A DNA stretch of 62,704 bases, filler included, from Collodictyon triciliatum (taxonomy: Eukaryota), in the NCBI GenBank assembly GCA_043381765.1. It is 12 parts of 12 records of this genome, joined end to end, with 100 filler letters (N's around TTAATTAATTAA, not from the genome) between each part and the next. Parts side by side here need not be neighbours in the genome. Positions count along the whole stretch, not along the records: positions 1 to 4,827 come from JBHJMP010005244.1; positions 4,928 to 10,316 come from JBHJMP010005246.1; positions 10,417 to 15,801 come from JBHJMP010005247.1; 9 more parts are not named here. One strand, 5' to 3'. The position numbers were made by a program, and so were the translations under genes. The notes beneath the pieces were generated by a model that was not told the DNA's origin, did not search any database, and saw nothing but the letters and a program-made list of their open reading frames with translations. Position 1 is the first letter of the stretch; each line of letters begins with the position of its first letter. Below are positions 1 through 12,190 of the stretch, piece by piece.

Positions 1-790
1 AAAAGCTAAGTCTGTCGTGAAAAAAAAAAAAAAAAAAAAAAAATACGTGCAAGCTTGATCATTTGATTGAGTTGTGTGGTATCCTACTTTTGTGAGTTTA
101 TGGGGGTGAAAATTTGCAAACTCTGAATTTGTCCGCATCGAAAGTTCCGGTTGTGTTGGTCAACAAATCAAGAAACAAATAAACAAATCAAGGAACAAAT
201 CGCGAGCGGCTTTCGCAACAACCGCCCCTGCGATGCTCTAAAAGTTCATCGACACAAAAGGGCCGAGTACTCAAGGGAAGATGAAAACAAACATCGCAGC
301 AAATACGGAGTACATTCATCTCAAACACAAAGGCATTTCCGTAATCTCTTGCCCAATCACCAACGACGAAACGAAATTACTCAACTTTGAAATGAAAAAG
401 AAAGCAGCGTGATATCTCTCCTCCTCGCTATGAACCTGCCATGGACCCTGATGCAGACTCCTAGTACAACATACAGGATAATAGATGATAAAACATGATA
501 AAATTGATGCATGTGTGGCTGCTCTGTAAGTGTGATACCCATTGCTTCCCACCGTCTTCGAGGGCAAAGAAGTAAATGATAATAGGACATGACCATTCTC
601 GCGATGGCACATAAGTGTGAAGGTGGTATTGTTTGCTTTAGTTGGGTAGTGGCATTTCTTAGAGTTTGAAGGAAATGGTGGAAGATGGGGTAAGAATGAA
701 ACTAAGAGTGAAAAGTTATGGTGTTGTGGTGTTGTGGGCCAATGTGGCTATATTAATGCATCTTGGAAGAGACAACCACTTAAACACCGC

Positions 791-3700
791 TCACACCGCT
801 GCTGTCATTCTCTGTCGCTTTGCTCTCTTCGGTTCATGGGCTTCCTCTTCGTCATCATGCTACTCATAAGATGATGCAGATCTTATTACTTGAGGATTTC
901 TCATGTCAAGGGAAGAGGGATAATCGGTAGAATAAAAAGTTTAGTCCACTATGTTTCATCGGTTTAACGAGTTAAGTTACACAATTATGGTGAATGAGAG
1001 GCAGAAAGTGGAAAGTGAGTGGCAGATGACGTTTGTATCTTAAAACGGACGGTTTTTTTATTTAAAATGATTGAATAAAAGTTAATTGTGCATGAACTCT
1101 GCATCATAGCAATTTTCGCTAAGTCACTAGATTCAAAAGGATAGTGATGATAAACTTTCAAATGCTTAGATTTCTTAACATTGTACCTGGTCATCGCTTC
1201 CATCGCCTCTAGGGGATGCACCTTTTCGACTACTACCCGAACTTTTGTCCTTTTTTGGTGCCTAATTAATCATTATTGCATAAATTGAGAAACCACTCAT
1301 TTACTTATTCTTCTTCAGTTATGAGAAAGCCATCAGTCGAAAGTTGACATTTACTATGGCATGTAGTTTTTCCTTCCTTTTATCTCTCTATCTCTCTCTC
1401 TTAAAGAGAACTTAATATATGAAGGGGAAAAAGCTCTGCAATTTCTCAAGAAAAATTGGATAAACACACTTGGCTCGCCGATGGACCTGCCTGCTCCACA
1501 TTCTCCGATTTTCCCTAGGTGTATATATGATAAGAAATGCTGTCTGGCTTTATGTATTAGACTATATATTATGGTATTGTTGCATGTTTGGCATACATGA
1601 GAGGTAAGGGCGTGACTGTTCTCAGGAGCAGGGGAGCCCTCGCTCGGTGAAGTTTGACTACTCGATGTACTTGGCTGCGGGGTTGTCTGTTCTTGTGTCT
1701 GGATATTTGATTTTTCACTAGATTGTTCCTCCTTCTTTGGTTGCTCATTTGCTGGTGGTGATGAGATAGGTGACACGTGTGGAGGCAAATGCGGCTGGGT
1801 AGATTCAGCTGTTGAGTCATTCGCTTTCTATTGGGGACACAAAAAAAGTATTTAACCGTCTATATGGCCACCATTAAAAAAAAATGGAGATGGAAGAGAA
1901 GGCGAAAAATATTCACGTGAAAGATAGAGTGAATTATATATCTATGTCCACCTCCTGTGGAACTTCTGTTGAATCTACACTGCTCAGTTTCAAAGATGGA
2001 ATGGATACGGACTGATTCTAAATGTTGATGTCGTGAAGAGTTACACATGTAGGGGAAATGTATTCGACGAGACATTTTAAATTTTGTTCGAATGGACACG
2101 AATAATAAAAATCTATTTAATCGGGTGTACTTCGTAAAGGCCACTACCCATCTAGAAATAGTTCATTCGCATGCAAGGAATTACCAAAGGGGCTGTGCTT
2201 GGTGCTGGGCTCGAAGTCTCCGTCGGTGTGTTAAGCTTTTGGGGTGGATTTCCATACGTGATAATCTTCAAATAGTTGCGGTCAGGTTGTTTAAATAGAA
2301 ATATCGCAAATAGTATGGCGGGATAAAGGTAAATAGAATGAATACTGGTCGTAAAGATGTGAAATTACTTGGTTGTCTTCTGGGAAAGAGCTTTTGGAAC
2401 CCTTGAGGCAGAGATTTTAAGGGGGAAAAGTGATTAATCCTGGGCTTCATTTTGCGTATGGCACGTCCAAATTTCTTCAAAATATGAAACTTGATAGTCT
2501 TGATAAGCATATTTACCCCATCCCAGTAAGCAATCATATTTTCATGGGCACCAATAAAAGAGCTCCATGCAGCTGGTTTAACTAGCAATAATTTACAGAG
2601 TCTTTTTTTACCAGTTTACCAGGAGCATAATTGTAAACAAGAATGATAATGACATTATCTATTTTTCTTTCTTTTTTTTCTTTTAACCTTCCTTCTCCTT
2701 AAAGCTATTATATGCGTGTTCAGCAATCTTCGAGAAAAAGACAGCAAATTCAGAGCGCGCATGCGTCGTTGTTCTAAGAGAAAACAAAGAACGGGGTGAT
2801 AAAATGAATATAGTGATGTGTTGTATTAAGTTTTAGAAATTGATTAGTAATTTTTCACTATCGAGTAACAATTTAAACCAGATAAACACAAATATTCGGC
2901 GCATATTAGTTCATATTTTTTGACCAAAATTTACATATGTTGGGTGGAACTTACCGAACTTTACGATACTCGGTTAGTCTTTCCAGTAACTCAACAGACT
3001 CAAACTAATCATGAACAGTTAAGTATAGTTTCTTGATAAGAAAGAACACATGCAAAATTTAAAATATATAGGTTCTTTTCAATTAGTGCTTAAATGGTTG
3101 AGTAGATGGTACGTAATTGTCGGCCAAGGGATTTGATTTCCCATAGGTCGATTTGATCATATCGCACACAGCTGCATGCAGTATGCTGTTCCTGCTATAG
3201 TGAACACAACTTATCTAGATTGTGAATGTAATTGAAAATAAGTTGTGTGTACGATTATAGGTTTTCGGCTGACGATTTTCAGAGTGATATCGTTTAAATT
3301 TTCTATTATTAGGTAATACGAAGGAAATATTTAAATTTTAGTGTGGATAGTGAAGGGAACCCAAATTGCGTCAAATATTTTCTCTGATGTGGCATTCTTG
3401 TAAACAGTCTCTGATTTGCTCTGGAGCAAAAACTCAATGATTGGTATAACAGCTGACCGAATTTGGCCACACTTTTGGTCCTATTTGGGCGAGGAATATG
3501 AGAATAACAAAGAGGTAGTTTTGATGTGTTCGTGGATTCCCAAACTCTACCAAAAAAAAAAGTATATGAAAGTGGCTTTACAAGTAAAAAAAAAAAAATA
3601 TTCATAATTGGGTAATAAGTCAAATGATGCAGGGAAAATGTGACATTCCTGCGTATGCAGCTTTGTGAATGTAGCAAGGCTAATGTAAAGGAGCGAAAAT

Positions 3701-4640
3701 TAAGTGACTCGTCAGCGAAACCCTAACCTGTCCTTTTTCGATGACTTTCTTGAAAAGTGGCATAAAGTTGGCCAGAATATTGACAAATTGCTCTTCAGTC
3801 ATAGACTCGACTTTGGTGTTCCCTTTAAAGTAGTTTATTGTCTCGACCACAATTGCAAATGCATAAGGAAGGTGCTCACTTTTCTACATATTCAATTTAT
3901 TAGAAAAAGGAATGTCCTAAAATAAAAGTATAAAAATAGTATCAAAGAATATAGTATTGTTTTAAGTTTTTCCATGAGGAAGTATAAATGTGACATTAAG
4001 ACAGATTTTGGGAAAGTTTAGAGGCTATGGATTTTGCTTAGCATTACAATATAAAGATATATCTGAGTGTTTTTTTTTTCAGTGTTGCTAAGGCTATTCA
4101 ACATACAACTGCGAGCATTCTATTGTAGATTTCCGCGAGCTTCTCAGCTTGGAAATATTCATCAAATAGAATGACAATAAGATTTGATGACCTTGAGTTT
4201 CCGATAAAGTCACATATGGTTTTGCTCGTGATAGATGCTTCCTAAGTAAGAAAAAGAATCCAAAGTAATATTTGTTAAAGTCAGCTAAAGTCAACAGCTG
4301 AATAACTCGAGTATAAGAAAGTTCACCAAAGATGAATATGATAGAGATTAAGATATTTATCTTTGAATAACACCAGCCTTTCATTTTTTATTTCTATCTC
4401 GTGGAGAAAAATGTACAAAAAATGGAATAGATAGGGTTGGAAACGTACCTTGACGCTCGCAGCGCCAACAAACTTGTTGAATAACACTTCCTGAATTTTC
4501 TCGTCGTATAAGACCTGCGCGCCAGTGCCATCCTCAAGCGATGTTGCAATTCTAATGAGAACTTGATATAACTCCGTGCTATCGCTTCTAGATAAAATGT
4601 CTCGGACTTTTGACGGGTTTTCAACCAAGTATCCAATTAG
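791..4640 (-). CDS. SAPS-domain protein (SIT4-associated / PP6 regulatory subunit-like), multi-exon, 5' end probably missing
   Basis: About 14 GT-AG exons splice in phase: LIGYLVENPSKVRDILSRSDSTELYQVLIRI...; EASITSKTICDFIGNSR...; DQKCGQIRSAVIPIIEFLLQSKSETVYKNATSEKIFDAIW|ISCVHYSRNSILHAAVCDMI, which resembles the SAPS 'LGxxRLKIVE..LL...LDLFF.YP.NN.LH..V' segments. These are followed by an S/P/E-rich tail ending HDDEEEAHEPKRAKRQRMTAAV-TGA (791-793). The family call is by motif recall. Confidence 0.6.
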
Positions 4641-4827
4641 CTATATTGAGGAAAGCTCTTTTAAACACCATAACACATAACATCAAGCTAGTCGATAGTT
4701 GCATACGTATTCATGATTCGGTGCAAATACTTTGAATCAAATAAAGGGGGGGGGGGGGGGGGGGGAATTATTTGGTGAAAAAAAAAATTCATTTTCGGCG
4801 GGTTTGGCTGGATGGCAACAAGGGAAA

Positions 4828-4927
4828 NNNNNNNNNNNNNNNNNNNNNNNNNNNNNNNNNNNNNNNNNNNNTTAATTAATTAANNNNNNNNNNNNNNNNN
4901 NNNNNNNNNNNNNNNNNNNNNNNNNNN
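4828..4927. other. Artificial contig linker (44 N + TTAATTAATTAA + 44 N), first of 11
   Basis: Identical 100-nt spacers also occur at 10317-10416, 15802-15901, 21284-21383, 26764-26863, 32241-32340, 37718-37817, 43193-43292, 48667-48766, 54141-54240 and 59612-59711. TTAATTAATTAA places stops in all six frames. Confidence 0.99.
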
Positions 4928-7900
4928 AAAGTGGACTGGAGCCGATTCCTGTCGCCAAGTTGACCGAGGGCGAAATTAAGGATGGTGTCGAATCCTTCCT
5001 CATCCGCTATGACAAGACCCTGAACGAAAGGCAAGTTGGAATGATTCTGACTCACATTGAAGATACTGGTGAGACATTTTTTTAAAAGAATATATTTTGA
5101 TTAAATTTTTTTCAGGGAATGATTTAGTTATTCTTATCTGATTTTTTTTTATAGGCCATCCGCTCTATCTCCGCATCATTCTCGATGAAGTCAGGGTGTT
5201 TGGTGTCTATGAGAAGCTTGACGATGAACTGTTTACCTTGCTTTCGGCCAATGATGTCATTGAGCTTTACACTTTCATTATCAAACGCTGGCAACTGAAG
5301 TTTGACAGGAAAGGTGAGTACAGATTGTACATATTTCATAAAAAAAAAAAATAATAAAAAAGTGCAAATTATAATTGCTATTTTTGTTGAATACTTTTTT
5401 TTAATTGTACAGTCTCCTCTTCTGATGGAAAAGAGACGATGCATGTCGAGTATGTCTCCCTCTCGATGAAGGTTCTCTTCGTCTCTCGCATAGGCCTGAG
5501 TGAAGGTGACCTGGACAAGTACATGAAAGATGCGATTGGCACAGGATTCGAGCTTGCTGAATGGTTTGCTTATTCTTGAATTTTAACAAAATCAATAGGT
5601 TAACCCTTTCTCATTTTCTTTTTTATTTAATTTATCTTTTTATCCATTAAAATAGGACATCCTTCTTCTTTACCCTCATCGAGTCGCTTTTCGTTCGCAA
5701 TGGAAGGTTGGTGTTATTTCTCATCCTTTTCGTTCGTTAATCGGTGCTTTCGGTACAATTTTATTTTGATATAAAGCCTTAATTATTGTTTATCATAGAT
5801 ACATGTACTTCCACCAGCTGCTACTGGAGACCACTGAAATAGTTTACTTCTCCGAAAACCAGGAGATGGAAAAACCCACGAAAAATACGGAAGATGGTTG
5901 TTTGGCCAATATTCTGAGTCTGCTGACGCGGATGAGGAGCTTACTGCTGAGATATGCTACCAGCTCCTGAAGGGCAATTCGCTTGACTTGCTTGTGGAAT
6001 ACATGAAGCAAAGACATGTAATTTCTTAATTTTTATTTTTTAATCGAGTATTCTATACGTAATGAAACGATTTTCACTGATTAATTTTGAATATCTCATA
6101 GATTATCAGCATCATGCTTGGTGGTCGCTATCGCTACGAGTTCTTTACATGCTGGAGAGCAATCAACGCAAGCGGAGCGGCAAACTACAAAGATACTTTT
6201 GGAAGCTTGGCTAAGGTATTTTATTATTTAATTTTAATTTGTTGAAGGTTACTACTCACAAATTTAATTATCAACCATGATATATCTATTAATTTTTTTT
6301 TGTTTTTTTCAGTCTTTGAATTAAGTGGGAGACCTGCTGGTTGAATTTTTCTTGGAGTCTTTTGAGAACTCGTTCTTGTTGTCTGTTCTGAATGTGCGTC
6401 TTGGAAAGCATCAGACAGAAAGCATGCAATTTATTTTGAATTTATGTCGTGAAGATTAGATATATATGGGGGCATTAAATAATGTATTAATTCATAGATG
6501 CAAAGGCTGTTGATTACCTGAATCTTGGTCGTGTCTACAAGAACCTCCAAAAGTAAAAAAATAAATAAATGCAATGATTATAAATAGGACATGACATGAT
6601 GATTATTTATGATAACTCTCTAAAATAAAAATAATGAAACACACAGCTGGGCTGAGTCCATGGTCTACTACAAGAGATGCCTCGATTCAGTTGAGAAAAA
6701 TGCCGATGATTCCCTGCGTATTGCTACCATTCATGAAGATATGGGAATCATCTACCAGCAACAGGATAAGTAAGGCTCGCTTTCAACTGTAAAATAAATT
6801 ATGAATAATGTTTCAAAAAGGAAGTGTTCTGATTTTCTTATGAAATAGAATTGATGAAGCTCTTGATGAATACAAGAAATCGCTGGAACTGAGAGTCAAA
6901 CAACTGGGCGAGAACGACTTGCAAGTGGCCCAATCACATGACCGCTTCGGAGACATCTATTTGAAGCAGTCAAAGTAATATTTGATCATTTATATACGTT
7001 AATATTCTGCTTTTTATTTTTGTAAATATGTGCATGCTGACCAATTTTTTTATGATAGGAATGAGCAAGCTCTGGTTGAATACAAAAAGGCCATGGAAAT
7101 CCGCCAAAAGAAAGTCGGAAACGAGCATCCTCTTGTCGCAACATCGTACCAGAACTATGGCCATGTCTCCCTGGCTGGGAAAAAGTAGCACATATTCACC
7201 CATTAAAGACAGTTTTTAATCCAGTTATAATTTTTGAGAAATATTAATATGATTGAATCACCAAGGTATGAAGAGTCTATTGAAAACTTCGAGAAGGCGA
7301 AATCTATCCTTGAAAAATCATTAGGAGCTAAGCATGCATCTGTTGCCTCGACAATCCAGTTTATTGCAAGCGTTCATCTTGCCAGTGGAAAGTTTGGAAT
7401 TACTAAATTTTAGATTTTTTGTATACTACAATGATATTCTATACTTTCAATTTTTGCAAAATGAGTTTGGCTTCATTTCTTTCATTTGTATCCTATTTAG
7501 GGTTAAAATTTTACATCATATAATTCTAATTAATAAATATCAAATTACTTTTACCTTATGTAGGAAAACTGAGGCCTTATCCTCATTAAAGCAATCGCTG
7601 GACATTTTCATGTCTGCCCTTGGTGAAAATCATCCGAATGTCGTGGCCTGCTATGAGATGATTGGAGACATCAGCCATGATTTGAAGGAGTATCTCTTTC
7701 TATAAATTATTTTTATATTTTTAATCGGAAAGAATAACGTATTTACCCTTTTTATTATCCTAGCTTTAAGGGTGCTTTGGAGGCCTATACAAAGACAATA
7801 GATATTCGTGAGAGGACACTGGGCGAAAAACATGCTGACTATGCAACTGCCCTGGAGAATATTGGCCGAACAAACTTTGAGCTTCAAAGGTAAATTTCTG

Positions 7901-9917
7901 TATTATATCACAAAAATTAAATATAATTGTAGTGTTTGCAAAAAATTCATAAATATTAACTAATATGCATGCATCTAGATTGGACCAAGTCGTTGAATAC
8001 TTCCAGAAGGCAGCCGCTATTAGAAAGGAGACAAAGACCATCATGTTAATGAAAGATGGTTCACATATTGATAATATTATTCGCCTCATGAAAGACAAGA
8101 AAGAGCATGAAGCCGTCATTCATCTTTACAAAACACTAATTCATTTATTCAGCAAGCTTTATTCCTTGGATTATCTTGGAATATGGAACAGCTGCGAAGA
8201 AATCGACAAGATTTACAAGGAACTGAAGCAGCATAACGAAGCAGTGGAATTTTGGTCTGATATAAGAGACAAATTCGCTGATAAACTGGGATGGATTAAT
8301 CCTAGTACATTAAAGTCATGCGAATACTTGTCCGTCCATTCAAAAGAAATCGGAATCAACCATGAGCTTGTCGAGTTTACAAGAGTCAAGAAATTCATTT
8401 GTGAAACTCTTGATGATGCAAAACTAGATGAGGAATGGAATCGTGAGCAAATCGTTACATCTTTATTCAGAATTGTGTACATGTCAAAGACTGATGAAAG
8501 TAAATCAAAGGCTGCATCTGATGCAATCACACTTTTGAATTTCATGAATGTTTCGTTTAGTGGAATGGATTTATCAAATATTAGAATTCCACGTGCGAAT
8601 CTCAGTAACTCAATCCTTGATGGTGCAAATCTCACTGGTGCCAACTTGGATGGCACTGATTTCACGAATTCGATGCTTGGTGATTGTATTTTTGATAATG
8701 CAAATATGAATGATGTGAAATTCGGAATTCCTCATGATAAATTGGAAGGTCATACATATTCTGTCTATAGTGTTTGCGCTATTCAAGGACCGAATGGTGA
8801 AAAGTGGCTGGCTTCTGGAAGTGGTGATAACACAATACGTATTTGGGATGTGGCCACAGGAAACCAAATCAAAATACTAGAAGGTCATGCAGGTTTTGTC
8901 ATGAGTGTTTGCAGCATTCAAGGGCCGAATGGTGAAAAGTGGTTGTCTTCTGGAAGTTATGATACAATTCGCATTTGGGATGTAGCCACAGTAAACCAGA
9001 TCAAAACATTTAAAGGACATACAAAACCTGTCAATAGTGTTTGCAGCATTCAAGGGCCGAATGGTGAAAAGTGGCTGGCTTCAGGGAGTGATGATAAAAC
9101 AATACATATTTGGGATGTATCCATAGGGAATCAAATCAAAATATTGAAAGGTCATACAAGAGGTGTCAATAGTGTTTGCAGTATTCAAGGGCCGAATGGT
9201 GAAAACTGGTTGGCATCCGGAAGTAGTGATAAAATAATACGTATTTGGGATGTAGCCACAGGAAACCAAATACACAGTCTGCAAAAACCAGAAGTGACTT
9301 ACACCCAAGGAAAATACCTTGTCAACAAAGAGAAGCCAGACGAAGTCATCGCAGTATTCAACAGGACAAGTGATACGATGAACATGATTGACACCAACAG
9401 AATCCAAGACGCAAAGACAGTCCAGATTATCGGCCCAAGAAAGCTGCAATGTGGAAACATCCAAATCAGAAATGTCGCAGGATTGAGTCAATTCAACATA
9501 ACCCTCCTACTTTCTATCGGTGCTGCTTCCTTTGATGCGGACTTTGCTGCCTATTGTGAGCAGGGTAAGTTCACAAAGTTCCAGGCTCAAATGATGGCTG
9601 AATGCTATGAGAATGGATGGGGTGTCGGGAAGGACACCGAGAAGGCTTATTATTGGAGATTCGTCGCTCCTTTAAAATCATCATTGGATTTTCATGAATT
9701 GAAACATGTAGCACAACAAGGCTCAAAGGATGCATTCAATGTTTTGAAAGAAATGGCTGAAATCAAGAAAGACATCCTGCAGTATGGAAGAAAAATTGGT
9801 GAAAAACACATATACCTGCAAGCTTTTTCTATTGTTGCCGAATGCTATGAGAATGGGTGGGGTGTTGGGAAGGACACCGTGAAAGCAGCTGAGTGGAGAC
9901 AGAAAGCCACAGCTTAA
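4928..9917 (+). CDS. NLR-like gene: NACHT-associated region (NPHP3/TEP1 type), TPR array, pentapeptide, 4x WD40, 2x Sel1-like; 5'-truncated and carrying lesions (possible pseudogene)
   Basis: Spliced exons give GHPLYLRIILDEVRVFG, SRIGLSEGDL and RNGRYMYFHQLL (post-P-loop NACHT motifs), then 42-aa TPRs. The last exon, 7979-9917, matches the 650-aa ORF and ends in TAA. Lesions: a frameshift near 5870, an in-frame TAA at 6322-6324 and a GC donor at 6422. Confidence 0.8.
6647..7889 (+). repeat. Array of single-TPR exons (one of 123 nt, five of 126 nt; all phase 2)
   Basis: Exons 6647-6769, 6849-6974, 7059-7184, 7266-7391, 7564-7689 and 7764-7889, each bounded by AG and GT. Example product: NEQALVEYKKAMEIRQKKVGNEHPLVATSYQNYGHVSLAGKK. 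Confidence 0.9.
8742..9275 (+). repeat. Four near-identical WD40 repeats (period 135/132/135 nt)
   Basis: Consensus LxGHxxxVxSVCxIQGPNGExWLxSGSxDxxIxIWDVxxxNQI; the codon before each GH starts at 8745, 8880, 9012 and 9147. Confidence 0.95.
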
Positions 9918-10204
9918 CAAGGTAAGTGGTATAGTAAATGCATATTAATACATGTTCGTTAATTATAATCATTTTAGATGGAGAGATTCTCTGAGTTTTT
10001 TTCAAGACCTCCGCTTTTTTCCACAAGGATGCTCCATGAAAACAGAATAAAACCAAAAAAAATGAAAGCAAAGCTGATCGATCTCTGTTGCAACCATTTT
10101 ATTTCTTTTTCTTTTTTTCTTTCTCTTTTTCTTTTTCTTATCTTTTTTTCTATCTTTTTTTCTTATCTTTTTTTCTTATCTTTTTTTCTATCGTTTTCTA
10201 TCTT

Positions 10205-10316
10205 TTTTCCATCTTTTCTTTTTCTTTTCTTTTTCTTTTTCTTTTCTTTTTCTTTTCTTTTTCTTTTCTTTTTCTTTTCTTTTTCTTTTCTTTTTCTTTT
10301 CTTTTTCTTTTCTTTT
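10205..10316. repeat. (TTTTC/TTTTTC)n microsatellite at contig end
   Basis: Direct reading. Confidence 0.9.
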
Positions 10317-10416
10317 NNNNNNNNNNNNNNNNNNNNNNNNNNNNNNNNNNNNNNNNNNNNTTAATTAATTAANNNNNNNNNNNNNNNNNNNNNNNNNNNN
10401 NNNNNNNNNNNNNNNN

Positions 10417-10523
10417 AATACAATACAATACAATACAATACAATACAATACAATACAATACAATACAATACAATACAATACAATACAATACAATACAATA
10501 CAATACAATACAATACAATACAA
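10417..10523. repeat. (AATAC)n microsatellite
   Basis: Direct reading; at contig start. Confidence 0.95.
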
Positions 10524-10579
10524 ATAATAAATGATTTTGTAAACATACGAGAAAAATATAATACTTACTGTTACCAAAG

Positions 10580-12120
10580 AGAAGAATCCGCTTATCCTTC
10601 CGTCACTTTTGGACTCCGAGTCCACCACGGAAACATATGGCACCCGTGGGAATGAATCCAAAAGGAAACAAATCGCGTCTGATATCTTGAGGGTTGACTT
10701 TGTCTGGAAAAACGTCACAAAGATCATTCCAGCCAACAAAGAAACACCCGAGAAAATCGTTCTGAATGTATGATACGCTCCACAGATATTCTGTCCACAT
10801 GTTTTTTTTCTTTGTGCATTTATTTCACTGAGATAGATCAGATACTCGATAAGCCCTGAAAAATGATTGTACCTCAATTTTATTTTTGCAGATATTTCGG
10901 GGCACAGCCTCACACAGAATGATGACTATAATTCATTATACTTTAATACCTTAGAATGTGTCTGGATACTCGAGACCAGGGCAAATGTGCGCGCTCATGG
11001 GGAGCTCTGGAGCTGGAAAAACAACACTTCTAGATGTTCTGGCAGGGCGTATTGCGTTTCAGATGGGCCAGCTCATGATCAACAACATTCAAGTCCAGAC
11101 TGATATGATAAGAAAGGTTTTTTTTTTATTTTGAAGTAACTCGATCAAGAAATGAAGCATTCCAGGCCAATTGGCTACAATCATACCATGAACGATGAAT
11201 TAATAATATGACTTTTGGGAAACGATTGCGTGGTAAGAAAAATCATTATATTCTTGCGTATATATTTGTCAAGATATCATCATATGTCATGCAAGAAGAC
11301 AGACTAAGCATCTCCTTTACCGTGCGAGAGACGCTTCTGTTCTACACGAATCTGAAAATGTCTATGGTGGTTATTATCCTTATTCACTTTAAACAGATAG
11401 AATACATCGCCTGTTAGATCAATTTCACCAAGTCGTGCTTGCATAATATCTTTATCATTGGAAACAGGACACTTCAGACGAAGCCAAAAATGCTATCGTC
11501 GACTCTATCATCAAGAGCCTAAAATTAGAGAAGGTTAGTCCCCTTTTATTTTTTCTTTCATTGACCACTGACTAGTTTATTCACCGAAATGCGTCTTATG
11601 GTAAACAAAAAAATCACATTTAATATATAAGTATATATCCTTACCACATAGGCTAAAGATACGATGATTGGAGGAAAGAATCTTCGAGGTATTTCTGGGG
11701 GCGAGAAGCGCAGAGTCAGCATAGGAATCGAGTTGATTACCAGCCCAAGCATTATTTTCTTGGATGAACCTACCTCTGGACTTGATAGCTCGAATGCCTT
11801 CACCATCATGTCGATTTTGAGAAAGCTTGCTGATGGAGGAAGAATCATCATCTCGTCCATACATCAACCTAGGTAAATTTATCACGCACCAGCTCGAAAT
11901 CATACAAATGTTTCGTTTTAAAACAGCAAACACAACACATCCAATTGGCCAAAAATTACTCTGTCTTCACCACTCTAAAAATTCACATACTTACAGACCC
12001 GACATCTTCTATTTGAATGATAACGTATTACTCCTCTCTGAGGGGTCAACATTCTACTTTGGATCAACATCCATGTGGACGAATTACACATCATATCTTG
12101 GGTTGGAACTCGTTTTTCAT

Positions 12121-12190
<70 letters not shown>

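Noticed and set aside
4872-4883. Recurrent TTAATTAATTAA palindrome as a biological motif
   Set aside because: It is always centred in 44+44 N at contig joins, so it is a synthetic six-frame stop linker.
5866-5877. Programmed -1 ribosomal frameshift
   Set aside because: The site is not a canonical X XXY YYZ heptamer, the paralog is in frame across it, and other lesions lie nearby.
6322-6324. TAA reassigned to an amino acid (ciliate-type code)
   Set aside because: TAA terminates ABCG, Obg and the 9917 ORF normally, and long conserved exons contain no in-frame TAA or TAG.
8742-9275. CRISPR-like array
   Set aside because: The repeats are in-frame WD40 coding units without unique spacers, in a eukaryotic context with no cas genes.
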